64,000 nt of DNA from positions 3,691 to 67,690 of the forward strand of contig WYBS01000033.1 in the NCBI GenBank assembly GCA_011525755.1, given 5' to 3'. The notes beneath the pieces are model-generated. The model made no database searches. It worked only from the letters and a program-made list of their open reading frames with translations, and was not told where the DNA came from. The first letter of the stretch is position 1. Each line of letters opens with the position of its first letter. Of the stretch, positions 27,508 to 38,239 are shown in pieces. Origin of the DNA: Planctomycetaceae bacterium (GTDB taxonomy: Bacteria > Planctomycetota > PLA2). The translations under genes and the position numbers were made by a program.

Positions 27508-28308
27508 GCCGCGCCTTGACCTCCGCGAGGTGGGCCAGGACGGCGCGTTCCGCCTCTTGGCGCGGGGCGAACGTCCCCGTCGCGAGCCGCCCCCGGAGCC
27601 CCCTGTAGATCCCGACCGCGTGCTCCAGCGCCTCGGCGTAGGCGCGCGCGTCGTGCTTCGAGAGCGTCGCCTCCATCTCGCTCGCGACCTCCGGCGCGTG
27701 GGTCTCGATCCGGCGCACGCCGGCCGGCCGCGCGCCCTTCTCGAGGAGGGCGAGCGGGCCGAGCACCCGCGCCCGCAAGAACGCGAGGCCGTCCGCGGCT
27801 TCGAAGAGCTCCCCGCGGCCGATCTTCGACGTCTGGTAGTGGACCCACGTCCAGAAACGGTCCTCGATCCACTGGAGATCCGGCTGCGGGTAACGTGCGA
27901 CGCCCTTCGCGAACGCCGCGGTCATGCGCCCCTCGCGCTCCCAGAGGATCTCCGGGTCCTCGACGCGGTCCGCCATCTCGTCCGCGCGGAGGAACTTGAG
28001 GTCCACGTGGAGGAGCGGCGGGCCGTAGAGGCAGATCACGAGGCGCGCGTCGCCGACGTGCTCGCCCGTGAAGGCGGAGAGGAGGTTCCCGAGGCCCTCC
28101 GCGATCCGCATGCGCTCGCGCGCGACCTCCTCGTGGGCGTCGTCCTCCACGCCGATCACGAGGTCGATGTCGCTATGCTCGTCCATCCTCCGGGAGAGGA
28201 AGGAGCCGCAGGCGCCGACGCCGAAGAGGCGGCGGTCCTTCCCGAGGATGCCGAGCGCCCTTTCGAGGAACGCCGCGTGCGCGGCGGGGACGCCCTTCTC
28301 GAATCGCA
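27497..28308 (-). CDS. Pol-beta-superfamily nucleotidyltransferase (KNTase/ANT-like)
   Basis: ATG at 28308. GSFLSRRMDEHSDIDLVIGVED is the GS...DxD nucleotidyltransferase motif. Helical C-terminal domain. Confidence 0.7.
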
Positions 28309-28347
28309 TTCCCCCATATAGCACACGCCGGGGCGCGCCGGACGGGC

Positions 28348-28998
28348 CTACCGGCGCAGGTCGTCGATGAGCGCGCCGAAGAGCCCCGCGAACCAGCGCG
28401 TGTAGCTCTCCATGCCGAACCCGTGGCGCTTCAGCGCGCCGCGGTTGTGCGGCGAGGGCACGAGCACCGTGAGCAGCTCGATGTCGCCGATCCGGCGGCG
28501 CTGCCCGTGCTCCTCGTCCATCACGACCGGCCTGCCGAGGACCGCCTCCGCGGCCTTTCCGCCGACGGCGAGGACGAGCTTCGGGTGGAGCGCCCTGAGC
28601 TCGAACGCGAGGTAGGGCCGGCACGCGCCGCACTCGCTGCGTTTCGGCGCGCGCGTCTTTCCCTTCGCCTTCGGATTCCCCGGGATGCACCGGACCGCGT
28701 GCGTGACGAAGAAGAGGTCCTCGAGCGTCCGATACTCCCCGTCGCGGGCCTGCGCGAGCGCCTCGCGCAGGACCGCCCCGGAGGCGTCGCGGAAGAGATC
28801 GCCCGAGGGGCCCGGGGCCTCGGCCACGAGCACGTATCCCGTCCGCGTGGTGCCGAAGGACTCCGCCGGCGGCTTCCGGAAGGGCTTCATGGCGGGGCAG
28901 AGGCGGCAGGAGGCGACTCCCGCGCGGATCCCATGCACGAGCCCCGCGATGCCCCCGGAGCCCCCCGGAACACGCAAACCGGCCGTGGCCGTTCCCAT
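28348..28998 (-). CDS. Uracil-DNA glycosylase superfamily protein (family 4-like)
   Basis: CRLC, VAEAPGPSGD (GEAPG-like) and VPSPHN (HPS-like). ATG at 28998. Confidence 0.7.
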   Translation of the reverse strand: MGTATAGLRVPGGSGGIAGLVHGIRAGVASCRLCPAMKPFRKPPAESFGTTRTGYVLVAEAPGPSGDLFRDASGAVLREALAQARDGEYRTLEDLFFVTHAVRCIPGNPKAKGKTRAPKRSECGACRPYLAFELRALHPKLVLAVGGKAAEAVLGRPVVMDEEHGQRRRIGDIELLTVLVPSPHNRGALKRHGFGMESYTRWFAGLFGALIDDLRR

Positions 28999-29102
28999 AT
29001 CCACTAAGGGATCGGCGGGGACACTGCGAATCGGCAGTCGGGCCGATTCACGATATTGGCGGGTACGGAGCCTCCCTCCCGCCGACGCCGGGCCGCGGGG
29101 GG

Positions 29103-29789
29103 TCAGACGACCGCTTCGTCGGGTTCGTGCTGCGGCTTGGCGGCCAACTCGCGGAGCCGCTCCGTATTCACGACGAGCCGCTTCGGCGTGTACTCCTCGG
29201 GCACCCAGCCGGAGCCCGCGACGAGGGCGAGCGACGCCGTCGCGACGAGCACGAGCGTCTTCACGGCGAGCCCCGCGAGGAGGCCGCTCGAGAAGGTCGA
29301 CGCGAGCGCGAGGAGGCCGATCGTCACGACGCCGAAGAAGACGATCAGCAGGAGCGACGCGAGCGTGCCGCCGAGGACCGACGCGACGAAGCGCTGCTGG
29401 CGCTCGGGCATCGGGTTCCCGGACGTGGCGGCGACGGTCACGAGGCAGCCGAAGGCGCCGGCGAGCAGGAGCCCGCCGAGCACGAGCAGGAGCGTCGAGG
29501 AGAGGAGGTAGCCGACGAGGAACGCGGGGCCCGCGCTGCGCCACGCGATCGAGCCGCCGAGCGCCGCCCGCTCCGCGACGCGCGGCCTCGGGGACGTGGA
29601 CGCCACGACGGGCCGGAGCGGCGCGTACTGGGCGAAGCCGTTGAGAAGCTCGCACACGAGCGAGAAGTTCATGCGGAGGGGCGAGACCCCCTTCGCCTGC
29701 ATCTCGCGCCGGTCCGCGAGCAGGTTGGCCGTGAAATCGCGACGGATGTCGCCCGGCACCACGAGCGTGAACGCCTTCACCCAGCTCAT
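29103..29789 (-). CDS. Hypothetical membrane protein (228 aa)
   Basis: ATG at 29789 with GGAGGT 6 nt upstream. Four hydrophobic helices follow a roughly 85-aa soluble N-terminus. Confidence 0.55.
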   Translation of the reverse strand: MSWVKAFTLVVPGDIRRDFTANLLADRREMQAKGVSPLRMNFSLVCELLNGFAQYAPLRPVVASTSPRPRVAERAALGGSIAWRSAGPAFLVGYLLSSTLLLVLGGLLLAGAFGCLVTVAATSGNPMPERQQRFVASVLGGTLASLLLIVFFGVVTIGLLALASTFSSGLLAGLAVKTLVLVATASLALVAGSGWVPEEYTPKRLVVNTERLRELAAKPQHEPDEAVV

Positions 29790-29970
29790 CGCATACCTCC
29801 AATGGGGAGAGTGACACTGCGCCGGCGCAAGGCAAACGGAGGCGTCCCGCTTCGAGGCAACGGCGACCAGTGCGGGGAGGGGAGGGGGCGCGGGGGAGGG
29901 GGGCGGCACGCGATCGCAAGAGCGCGCGCCGCGCGAGGATCGGCCGCGGCGGGGTGGTGGACCCGCGCGA

Positions 29971-30519
29971 TCACCGCGGGAGCCGCTTCGGATCGATCTC
30001 GCGCAGGCGCGGGGCCGCGGCGTCCTTCGGCGACAGCACCGGGTCGCGGACCGGCCAGTCGATCGCGAGATCCTCGTCGTCCCAGCGGACCGCCTGCTCG
30101 CTCGCCGGGTCGTAGGGTGCCGTACATTTGTACGCAAACAGCGCCCGGTCCGACAGCGCGAGGAAGCCGTGCGCGAAGCCCTCCGGGATCCAGAGCTGCG
30201 CGCGGTTCCCCGCGGAGAGCCGGTGGCCGTCCCACCGCCGGTACGTCGGCGAACCGGGCCGCACGTCCACCGCCACGTCGAACACCTCGCCCTGGAGCAC
30301 GTAGACGAGCTTCCCCTGCGCGCTCGGCCACTGGAAGTGGAGGCCGCGGAGCACGCCCCTCCGGCTCTCGCTCACGCTGTCCTGCGCGAAGCGCCCGGGG
30401 ATCCCGTGCTGCTCGTACCGCTCCGCGCGGAACGCCTCGAAGAAGCAGCCGCGCGCGTCCTCGAAGACGTCGGGCGTGATCTTCAGCACGCCCGGGAGCG
30501 CGGTCTCCTCGACCCTCAC
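29971..30519 (-). CDS. rmlC: dTDP-4-dehydrorhamnose 3,5-epimerase
   Basis: GTG at 30519 overlaps the rmlA TGA (GTGA). ARGCFFEAF...RGLHFQ motifs. Confidence 0.9.
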   Translation of the reverse strand: MRVEETALPGVLKITPDVFEDARGCFFEAFRAERYEQHGIPGRFAQDSVSESRRGVLRGLHFQWPSAQGKLVYVLQGEVFDVAVDVRPGSPTYRRWDGHRLSAGNRAQLWIPEGFAHGFLALSDRALFAYKCTAPYDPASEQAVRWDDEDLAIDWPVRDPVLSPKDAAAPRLREIDPKRLPR

Positions 30520-31403
30520 GGGCCCTCCCCCGGGCCCCCTCCCCTCGAGAGCCCGAGCAGGTACTCGCCGTACGCCGTGCCCTTGAGCTCCTCCGCGAGC
30601 CGCTTCAGCCGGACGCGGTCGATGAACCCGTTCTCGAAGGCGATCTCCTCCGGACACGCGATCTTCAGCCCCTGGCGCTCCTCGACCGCCTCGATGAAGT
30701 TCGTCGCCTGCCGGAGCGACTCCGGCGTGCCCATGTCGAGCCACGCCATCCCGCGGCCGAGCAGCTCCACGTGCAGCCGCCCGCGCTTCAGATATGCCTC
30801 GTTCACGTCCGTGATCTCGAGCTCGCCGCGCGCGCTCGGCCGGAGCGACTTCGCGATCCCGACCACGTCCCCGTCGTAGAAGTAGAGCCCCGTCACGGCA
30901 TTGCTCGACTTCGGCTCCCTCGGCTTCTCGACGATCGCGACCGGGCGGCCGCCCGCGTCCAGCTCGACCACGCCGTACCGCTGCGGGTTCCTCACGGGGT
31001 ACGCGAACACCGTCGCGCCCTCCTCCGGGATCCGCTGCAGGCGGTCGCGGAACCCGTGCCCGAAGAAGATGTTGTCGCCGAGGATCAGCGCGACCGGGTC
31101 GCCCTTCACGAACGACTCGCCCACGAGGAACGCCTGCGCGATGCCGCCCGGCTTCTCCTGGATCGCGTACGAGAGCCGGAGCCCCCACTGCGAGCCGTCC
31201 CCCAGGAGCTCCCGGAAGAGCGGCTGGTCGCGCGGCGTCGTGATCACGAGGATCTCGCGGATCCCCGCGAGCATCAGCACCGACAGCGGGTAGTACACCA
31301 TCGGCTTGTCGAAGACGGGGAGCAGCTGCTTGCTCACCGCCTTCGTGATCGGGTGGAGGCGGGTGCCGGAGCCGCCCGCGAGGACGATTCCCTTCCTGCT
31401 CAT
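30516..31403 (-). CDS. rmlA: Glucose-1-phosphate thymidylyltransferase
   Basis: [30 protein letters not shown]. Confidence 0.9.
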   Translation of the reverse strand: MSRKGIVLAGGSGTRLHPITKAVSKQLLPVFDKPMVYYPLSVLMLAGIREILVITTPRDQPLFRELLGDGSQWGLRLSYAIQEKPGGIAQAFLVGESFVKGDPVALILGDNIFFGHGFRDRLQRIPEEGATVFAYPVRNPQRYGVVELDAGGRPVAIVEKPREPKSSNAVTGLYFYDGDVVGIAKSLRPSARGELEITDVNEAYLKRGRLHVELLGRGMAWLDMGTPESLRQATNFIEAVEERQGLKIACPEEIAFENGFIDRVRLKRLAEELKGTAYGEYLLGLSRGGGPGEGP

Positions 31404-32428
31404 CGTGTGTGGGGGGGTGCGGGGGACCGGAGCCGGTCGCCGTAGTGGCGCTCGTAGTAGCCCATGTACTCGCCCGAGCGGACGCGGTCGAGCCACTCGC
31501 CGTTCTCGTCGTACCAGCGGATCGTCTCCGCCAGCGCCTGCTCGAACTTCGCGCGGGGCTTCCACTGCAGCTCGCGCGCCGCCTTCGCCGGGTCCGGGCC
31601 GTACCGCCGGTCGTGGCCGGGCCGGTCCTGCACGTGCCGGAGCAGGGACTCGGGCTTCCCGAGCGCCTTCAGGATGAACCGCGCGACGTCGAGGTTCTTC
31701 CGGTGGCACGAGCCCGCGAGGTTGTAGATCTCGCCCGGCCTGCCGCGCTCGAGGGCCGCGAGGATCCCCTCGCAGTGGTCGGTCACGTGGATCCAGTCGC
31801 GCTCGTAGAGGCCGTCGCCGTAGATCGGCAAGGGCTTCCCGTCCCGCGCGTTCGCGATGAGGAGCGGCACGAACTTCTCCGGGAACTGGTAGGGCCCGTA
31901 GTTGTTCGAGCCGCGCGTCACGATCACGGGGAGGCCGTGCGTGCGGTGCGCCGCCAGCGCGAGGTGGTCGCTCCCCGCCTTGCTCGCCGAGTAGGGGTTC
32001 GTCGGGCAGAGCCGCGCGTCCTCCGCGGCGAAGACGCCCGGCGCGAGCGGGCCGTAGACCTCGTCCGTCGAGACGTGGAGGAAGCGAAGGGCCCCGCGCT
32101 CGCGCGCGACGTCGAGGAGCACCTGCGTGCCGAGCACGTTCGTGCGGAGGAACGGGAACCCGTCCTCGATCGACCGGTCCACGTGGGTCTCCGCGGCGAA
32201 GTGCACGACGCTCACGGGCCCCTCCGCGGCGTCGAACGCGCGCCGGACGTCGCCCGGCTCGGCGATGTCGCCCTTCACGAAGACGTGGTCGGCCCCCGCG
32301 AGGTTCTCGAGGTTGCCGGCGTAGGTCAGCTTGTCGAGGACGACGACGCGGCGCTTCCCGGCGACGAGGCGCACGAAGTTCGAACCGATGAACCCGGCCC
32401 CGCCGGTGACGAGGAGCGTCTCTCCCAT
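31400..32428 (-). CDS. rmlB: dTDP-glucose 4,6-dehydratase
   Basis: [12 protein letters not shown] and YSASKA (YxxxK). Confidence 0.9.
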   Translation of the reverse strand: MGETLLVTGGAGFIGSNFVRLVAGKRRVVVLDKLTYAGNLENLAGADHVFVKGDIAEPGDVRRAFDAAEGPVSVVHFAAETHVDRSIEDGFPFLRTNVLGTQVLLDVARERGALRFLHVSTDEVYGPLAPGVFAAEDARLCPTNPYSASKAGSDHLALAAHRTHGLPVIVTRGSNNYGPYQFPEKFVPLLIANARDGKPLPIYGDGLYERDWIHVTDHCEGILAALERGRPGEIYNLAGSCHRKNLDVARFILKALGKPESLLRHVQDRPGHDRRYGPDPAKAARELQWKPRAKFEQALAETIRWYDENGEWLDRVRSGEYMGYYERHYGDRLRSPAPPHTR

Positions 32429-32435
32429 GGGAGCA

Positions 32436-33266
32436 TCATGCTACGAGAAACCGGCGGAGCGCGTCCCGCCAGTGGGGGAGGCGCTTGCCGCGGATCGCCG
32501 CGAGCTTCCCGCAGTCGAGCGCGCTCATCGCCGGCCGCTTCGCCGGCCGCGGGAACTCCGCCGTCGTGCACGGTACCACCTTCGGCCCCCCGGCCCCCCT
32601 CATTTCGAAGACCGCAAGCGCCATCTCGTGCCAGGTGCACGAGCCCTCGCAGGCGGCGTGGTAGACCCCCGGGACCCCCCGCAGCAGGAGCTCCCAGAGG
32701 ACCGGCGCGAGCTCGAGCGTGGACGTGGGGCAGCCGCGCTGGTCGTTCACGACCTTGATCTCCGGCCTCCCCGCCTGCTCGAGGATCGCGCCGACGAAGT
32801 GGCGGCCGCGGGGGCCGTAGAGCCAGGAGGAGCGGACGATGATCGCGTCCTTCGCCGCCTGCTCGGCCTCGAGCTTCGTCCGGCCGTAGATGTTCAGGGG
32901 GTGCGGGGGATCCTCCTCGCGGTAGGGGCGCTTCGAGGTCCCGTCGAACACGTAGTCCGTCGAGACGAGGAGCATCGGGATCCCGCGGCGGCGCGCGGCG
33001 GCGGCGACCGACCTCGTCGCCTCGACGTTGTCCGCGAACGCGGCCTCCTCCGCGACCTCCGCGCGGTCCACCTGCGTGAACCCGGCGCAGTGGAGCACGC
33101 CCGCGGGCTTCAGGCGCTCGAAGAGGAGCTCGACGTGCTCCGGCTCGGCGAGGTCGCAGTCGGCGCGGGTGACGGGGAGCGGACGGATGCCCTCGGGGGC
33201 GGCGCGCACGGCCTCGCTGCCGAGCATGCCCGCGGCCCCGGTTACGAGGATCTCTTTCGCCACCAC
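32436..33266 (-). CDS. rmlD: dTDP-4-dehydrorhamnose reductase
   Basis: GTG start (gtggtggcg) gives MVAKEILVTGAAGMLGS. Overlaps the 3' end of wecB by about 25 nt. Confidence 0.85.
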   Translation of the reverse strand: MVAKEILVTGAAGMLGSEAVRAAPEGIRPLPVTRADCDLAEPEHVELLFERLKPAGVLHCAGFTQVDRAEVAEEAAFADNVEATRSVAAAARRRGIPMLLVSTDYVFDGTSKRPYREEDPPHPLNIYGRTKLEAEQAAKDAIIVRSSWLYGPRGRHFVGAILEQAGRPEIKVVNDQRGCPTSTLELAPVLWELLLRGVPGVYHAACEGSCTWHEMALAVFEMRGAGGPKVVPCTTAEFPRPAKRPAMSALDCGKLAAIRGKRLPHWRDALRRFLVA

Positions 33267-34347
33267 GTCTCGAATACGTCCACGATCCTAGGCGCAGTGT
33301 GCCCGTCCCACAAATCCGGGACGCGCTTGGCCCCGGGGGGGGGGCCGTCGAGGGCCGCCCTGGCCGCCTTCCGGATCCGGGCGGGATCGCAGCCGGCGAG
33401 GACGTTGCTGCCCTCCGTGAGGGTGACCGGCCGCTCCGTGTTCTCGCGGATCGTGACGCAGGGGATCTGGAGGAAGGTCGTCTCCTCCTGGAGGCCGCCG
33501 GAGTCGGTGAGCGCGATCCGGCTCTGCGAGTAGAGGCGGAGGAAGTCGAGGTAGCCCAGGGGCTCAAGCACGCGGACGTCGCCCTTCTTCGCGAGCCGCT
33601 CGTAGGCGGGGATCGCCTTCAGCCGCTGCGCCGTGCGCGGGTGGCAGGAGAAGACGATCGGAAGCTGCTCGCTGATCTCGTGGATGACGTCCATGATGCC
33701 GAGGAGCGTCTTTTCGTCGTCCACGTTGCTCGGGCGGTGGAGCGTGAGGACCCCGAACCCCTTCGGCGCGAGGCCGAACCGGTCGAGGACGCTGCTTCCC
33801 TTCGCGCGCTCGAGGCTCGCGACGAGCGAGTCGATCATGATGTTGCCGACCCGGTGGATGCGATCCTCGGGCGTGCCCTCCTTGCGGAGGTTCTCGTCCG
33901 CGTCGGGCGACGGCGTGAGGAGGATCTCCGAGAGGCGGTCCGTGACCAGCCGGTTGATCTCCTCTGGCATCTTCCAGTCGAAGCTCCTGAGCCCCGCCTC
34001 GACGTGCGCGACCGGGATCCAGAGCTTGCTCGCGACGATGCTGCACGCGAGCGTCGAGTTGACGTCGCCGACGACCACGACGAGGTCCGGCTTCTCCTTC
34101 AGGCACACCTGCTCGAATCCGACCATCACCTTCGCGGTCTGCTCCGCGTGCGAGCCGGAGCCGACGCCCATGTAGATGTCGGGCTTCGGCATGCGGAGGT
34201 CCTCGAAGAAGACCTTCGACATGTTGTCGTCGTAGTGCTGCCCGGTGTGCAGGAGGAGCTGCGGGATGCCGCGCGCGTTGAGCGCGTGCACGAGCGGCGC
34301 CATCTTCATGAAGTTGGGTCGCGCGCCGACGACGTTGAGGATCCTCA
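33242..34347 (-). CDS. wecB: UDP-N-acetylglucosamine 2-epimerase (non-hydrolysing)
   Basis: GTG at 34347 with AAGAGG just upstream. VRILNVVGARPNFMKMAPL...HVEAGLRS. Confidence 0.85.
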
Positions 34348-34567
34348 CGAACCTCTTATCGGCCGGCCCGCCGCCGGCCCGCCATGGCGGGGCGCGCCGG
34401 ACGCCCCCCCCGCGGACGCCATGCGGGGCAAGGCCGGCGCGGGGCGCGTTCGCGGGCCGGGCCCGGGTTTGTCGACCGTTCTGGACGTCCGGCCGTTCCG
34501 ATCCGAAACAGGGGCGCTCTCCATGCGGTCCTTCCGTCTCATTGGGATACGCTCGCGCCCCATCGTC

Positions 34568-36325
34568 ATGGCCGGCCTCCTTGCGTTCGATCCCGTTCCC
34601 GGTTCCACCGCCTGCGGCCTCGCCGGCGCGAAGGCCTGGGTCGAGCGCGCGAAGGCGCTCGCCACGGAGTCGCCGGGGCCGCACGTCGTGAAGGTCTATC
34701 GCCGGAACGGCAGCGGGGCGCGGCCGGCCGTCGGGCCCCTCGGCTGGGTCGTGACGGCGGGGACGTGGCGCCACCCGGCCGCGGGCCGCGACGACAACGA
34801 GGCGCTCCTCGCGCGGCTCGGGGAGCGCGGCCCCGGGGTCCTCGACGAGCTCGACGGCTGCTACGCCGTCGCGTGGTGGGACCGCGCGTCGGGCACGCTC
34901 ACGGTGGCTCCCGACCACTTCGGCCGGCTCCACGTCTACGGGGCGGAGGCGCCCGAGGGGACCTACATCGGCACCTCGCCGGTCGCCGTCGCGCGCGCCG
35001 CGCGGTCGGTCGATCCCGACCCGGTCGCAACGTGGGAGATGCTCGCGACCGGCGTCATCTACGAGGACCGCTCGCCGTTCGCGGGCGTGAAGCGCCTCCT
35101 CGGGACGCATCGCTACCGCTTCCGGGACGGACGATCCGCCGGGGCCGACGACGCCCCGCTCCTCCCCCCGCGCGAGCCCGGCCCGAGCGCATCGGTCGCG
35201 GACCTCGCCGACGCCTGCCGCGAGGCCGTCTTCGAGTGGTTCGACCGCGGCACCAGGTTCCTGCCGGACCTCACCGGCGGCATGGACTCGCGCCTCGTCG
35301 CGGGCTTCCAGCTCGGGGCAGGGCTCGCGTTCGACGTGACCGTGACCGGCGATCCCGAGGAGCCGGACGCGCGCGTCGCGGGCGACCTCGCGCGTCGCCT
35401 CGGCCTCAACCTGCGGCGCGTGCCGCGCGCGCAGGGCGCCCACGCGCAGCGCTCGTGGGACGCGGTCCTCCGCGCGGCGTCGCGCGTCGAGGGGACCTAC
35501 GACGCCGCCGAGTACGCCGCGATCGCCGCCGTGCACGAGCCGAACTCCGCGATCGGCGAGTTCAGCGTGAACGGCTCGGGCGGCGAGGTGTACCGGAACT
35601 ACTGGTGGGACGAGCGCCACGTCGGCCGGACGGACGGGGACGCCGTCGGCGAGCTCGTGCGCCGCTTCGCGGCGGCGGCGATCGCCCCGCGGTTCGCGGA
35701 GCCGCGCGACGCGGGACGGCACTTCCGCGACGTGCTCGCCCGGACGCTCGAGGCGCGCGCGGGCGACCCCATGCCCGCGCTCTTCGACCACGCCTACCTC
35801 CACCTTCGGATGCAGTGCTGGCAGGGCGCGATCGCGAGCGCCACGAACCAGATCTGGCCGACGATCTCCCCGCTCCTGCTCGCGCGTCCCCTCTCGGTCC
35901 TCTACCGCGTGCCCGACCGGGAGCGGCTCCATGGCCGCCTCTTCCGTTCCCTCATGCGCTCCTTCCCGGGGCCCTTCCGCACCACGCCGCTCGTGACGGG
36001 GTTCCCCCCGATGGAGCCCGCGCTCACGAACTTCTGGCGCTTCGTGCCCGGGCTCTTCGGCCTGCCGGCGCAGTACTGGGGCCGCGCGCGCGAGCGGTTC
36101 CTGCGCGGCCGTCCGCGCCCCGACGACGGCGAGGCGGTGCGCGCGCTGATGGCGGCAGGTGCGGCCGACTTCCTGCGGCCGCGCGACCTCGTCCTGCGGC
36201 CGCTCCTCGATGCGAGGCGGCTCGACGAGTTCCTCGCGGTCGCGATCCGGGAAGGGACGGTGCCGCTCCGGTTCGTCGGCCGGCTCGTCGCGCTCGAGTG
36301 GGCGCTGCGCGAGGCGTCGGCGTAG
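34568..36325 (+). CDS. Asparagine-synthetase (AsnB) family protein with degenerate N-terminal glutaminase nucleophile (MAG instead of MCG)
   Basis: Intact PP-loop DLTGGMDSRLVAG. The N-terminal IVMAGLLAFDP places Ala where the class-II GATase Cys2 normally sits. An alternative ATG exists at 34523. Divergent from wecB. Confidence 0.65.
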   Translation: MAGLLAFDPVPGSTACGLAGAKAWVERAKALATESPGPHVVKVYRRNGSGARPAVGPLGWVVTAGTWRHPAAGRDDNEALLARLGERGPGVLDELDGCYAVAWWDRASGTLTVAPDHFGRLHVYGAEAPEGTYIGTSPVAVARAARSVDPDPVATWEMLATGVIYEDRSPFAGVKRLLGTHRYRFRDGRSAGADDAPLLPPREPGPSASVADLADACREAVFEWFDRGTRFLPDLTGGMDSRLVAGFQLGAGLAFDVTVTGDPEEPDARVAGDLARRLGLNLRRVPRAQGAHAQRSWDAVLRAASRVEGTYDAAEYAAIAAVHEPNSAIGEFSVNGSGGEVYRNYWWDERHVGRTDGDAVGELVRRFAAAAIAPRFAEPRDAGRHFRDVLARTLEARAGDPMPALFDHAYLHLRMQCWQGAIASATNQIWPTISPLLLARPLSVLYRVPDRERLHGRLFRSLMRSFPGPFRTTPLVTGFPPMEPALTNFWRFVPGLFGLPAQYWGRARERFLRGRPRPDDGEAVRALMAAGAADFLRPRDLVLRPLLDARRLDEFLAVAIREGTVPLRFVGRLVALEWALREASA

Positions 36326-36346
36326 CGGCCGCCCCCCGACCCCCTG

Positions 36347-37987
36347 CTATTCCTTCGCCGGAAGGACCTCGACCGCGGCGACGAGCACCGGGGTCCAGTT
36401 GCCGGCGGCGTCGCTCACGCGGGCGTAGACGACCTTGAGCCCGGGCTCGGCATTGCCGCCGTGGCGCGACAGGTCCCAGCCGGGGCGCAACGCTGCGAAC
36501 GGCTCGGGCTCCGTCCACGTCCTGCCGTCGTTGCTGAGGCGCATCTGCGCGCCTTCGCCCATCCCGCTCACGCCGTCGCCCGCCGTGAACGCGAGGTCGA
36601 CGACCAGGCCGGGCGCCGTCCCCTTGCCGTCCCCGATCCGGAACGACGCCGTCGGCGGCGTGCGGTCGTTGGCGGCGGGCGGCAGCTCGCCCTTCACGAG
36701 CGCGTCGAGTTGCCAGCCGGGGTTCTTGCCCTCGCCGGCGTAGGCGCCGCGGTAGGCGCCGTTCCCCTTGTCCGTGCCGTTGAAGTCGCGACCGGAATCG
36801 GTGTCGAGCGCGAAGGCCGAGAGGTCGACCGGGTCGCCCCTGCACTTGCCCGGGAGCGGATGGAAATCCATCTTGCCGAGGACGAGCGAGGGGTTCCTCA
36901 CGTACTTCCTCGCCTTGGAGACCGGCACGTGGAGGTTCCTCGACTCCTTCGTGCACCGGCCCGCGATCGCGTGGTCGGAGAACATCAGGTTGCCGACGAC
37001 GAGGTGGTCGTCCGTCGCGGGGTGGACGAAGCGGATCGCGGTCTCCACGCCGTAGAACGTGTTGTTGTAGACGTACGCGCGTTGCAGCTTGCCGTAGTGG
37101 TTCTGGAGGTGGATGCCGTCCCCCGTGCAGTCGACGAAGACGTTGTCGTGGATGGAGACGCGCCCCTCGGCCTGGAGGAGGGACTCGCGGTGGTTGTGGT
37201 AGAAGAGGTTCCCGTAGACCTCGTAGGCGTCCTCGCTGCCCGGGCCGCGGGTCGGCAGCGCGCCGAGCAGCAGGTTCGGGCGCTCCCCGCTGTCGTTCTC
37301 CAGCTCGCCCTTGAGGAAGACGTTGTGGCGGATGATCGTCTTCTGCGGCGTCGTCGGGAGCCCGGGGATCCCGGGGTCGCGCGGATTCTGGTGCTTGATC
37401 TGCATGTTGTAGCCGCGCGAATCGAGGAAGACGTTGTACTCGATGAGGCCGCCGATGAAGGGCTCCGTGCCGTCCGAGTCGCCGAGGTACGCGCCCGTCC
37501 CCGCGGCGACGATCGTGTTCCGGCGGATGACCCAGTTCCATGCGGGGGCCTTCGTCGAGATGGCGACCTGCGACTGGTCGTACCCGTGGCCGACGATGTT
37601 GCAGTTCTCGATCCGGATGTGATGGCTCGGTGCCGCCGACGCGCTGACGGCGAAGGCGCCTCCCCGGTCGCGGCCGTCGAGCGTGAGGTTCTCGATCGCG
37701 ACATAGCAGGAGCCGCGGATCTCGATCGTGTTCTGGCCGTCCTGCGCGAGGATGCGGGGCCGCTCGCCGCCCTCCGCGCCCCGGATCACGATCCATGCGT
37801 CGGGCCGGCCCTGGAGCCTTATCTCGGGCATGCCCGGGTAGTCCCCTTCCTCGAGGACCATCGTGTCGCCGGGCCCGAGCTGCTTCAGGATCCGGGCGTA
37901 GTCCCATGTGCCCGCCTTGTAGGTCTCGGCCCGGACCTCGAGCGCGAGCCACGGCAGGAGCAGGAGAGCGACCATGCATCTCATCAA
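36347..37987 (-). CDS. Secreted right-handed parallel beta-helix protein (pectate-lyase-fold; candidate polysaccharide lyase/hydrolase)
   Basis: Signal peptide MMRCMVALLLLPWLALEVRA. Repeated NxxVxG beta-helix rungs (IENCNIVGHG, NTIVAAGTGAYLG, HNVFLKG, HDNVFVDCTGDG). Confidence 0.75.
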   Translation of the reverse strand: MMRCMVALLLLPWLALEVRAETYKAGTWDYARILKQLGPGDTMVLEEGDYPGMPEIRLQGRPDAWIVIRGAEGGERPRILAQDGQNTIEIRGSCYVAIENLTLDGRDRGGAFAVSASAAPSHHIRIENCNIVGHGYDQSQVAISTKAPAWNWVIRRNTIVAAGTGAYLGDSDGTEPFIGGLIEYNVFLDSRGYNMQIKHQNPRDPGIPGLPTTPQKTIIRHNVFLKGELENDSGERPNLLLGALPTRGPGSEDAYEVYGNLFYHNHRESLLQAEGRVSIHDNVFVDCTGDGIHLQNHYGKLQRAYVYNNTFYGVETAIRFVHPATDDHLVVGNLMFSDHAIAGRCTKESRNLHVPVSKARKYVRNPSLVLGKMDFHPLPGKCRGDPVDLSAFALDTDSGRDFNGTDKGNGAYRGAYAGEGKNPGWQLDALVKGELPPAANDRTPPTASFRIGDGKGTAPGLVVDLAFTAGDGVSGMGEGAQMRLSNDGRTWTEPEPFAALRPGWDLSRHGGNAEPGLKVVYARVSDAAGNWTPVLVAAVEVLPAKE

Positions 37988-38239
37988 AGGGCCTCCGTGG
38001 CAGGCGGAGCCCGCGGCGCCGCGCGCGGCGGGGCTCCTGCCGTCCCGGATCGAGACACCCTATTCGCATGCCGGATACGCCGGCACCGCGCTACCTTAGC
38101 ACGACCCCGGCGAGCCGACGCCGCGGCGCGGAGGACGGCGTCTCATGACGAGGCGATCGCGCCGCCGAAGCGCCTTCCATCGGGACTTCTAAAGGTCCTC
38201 GACGCGAAAAGACGAAACGCAAGGGGAACCATGAGCGGC

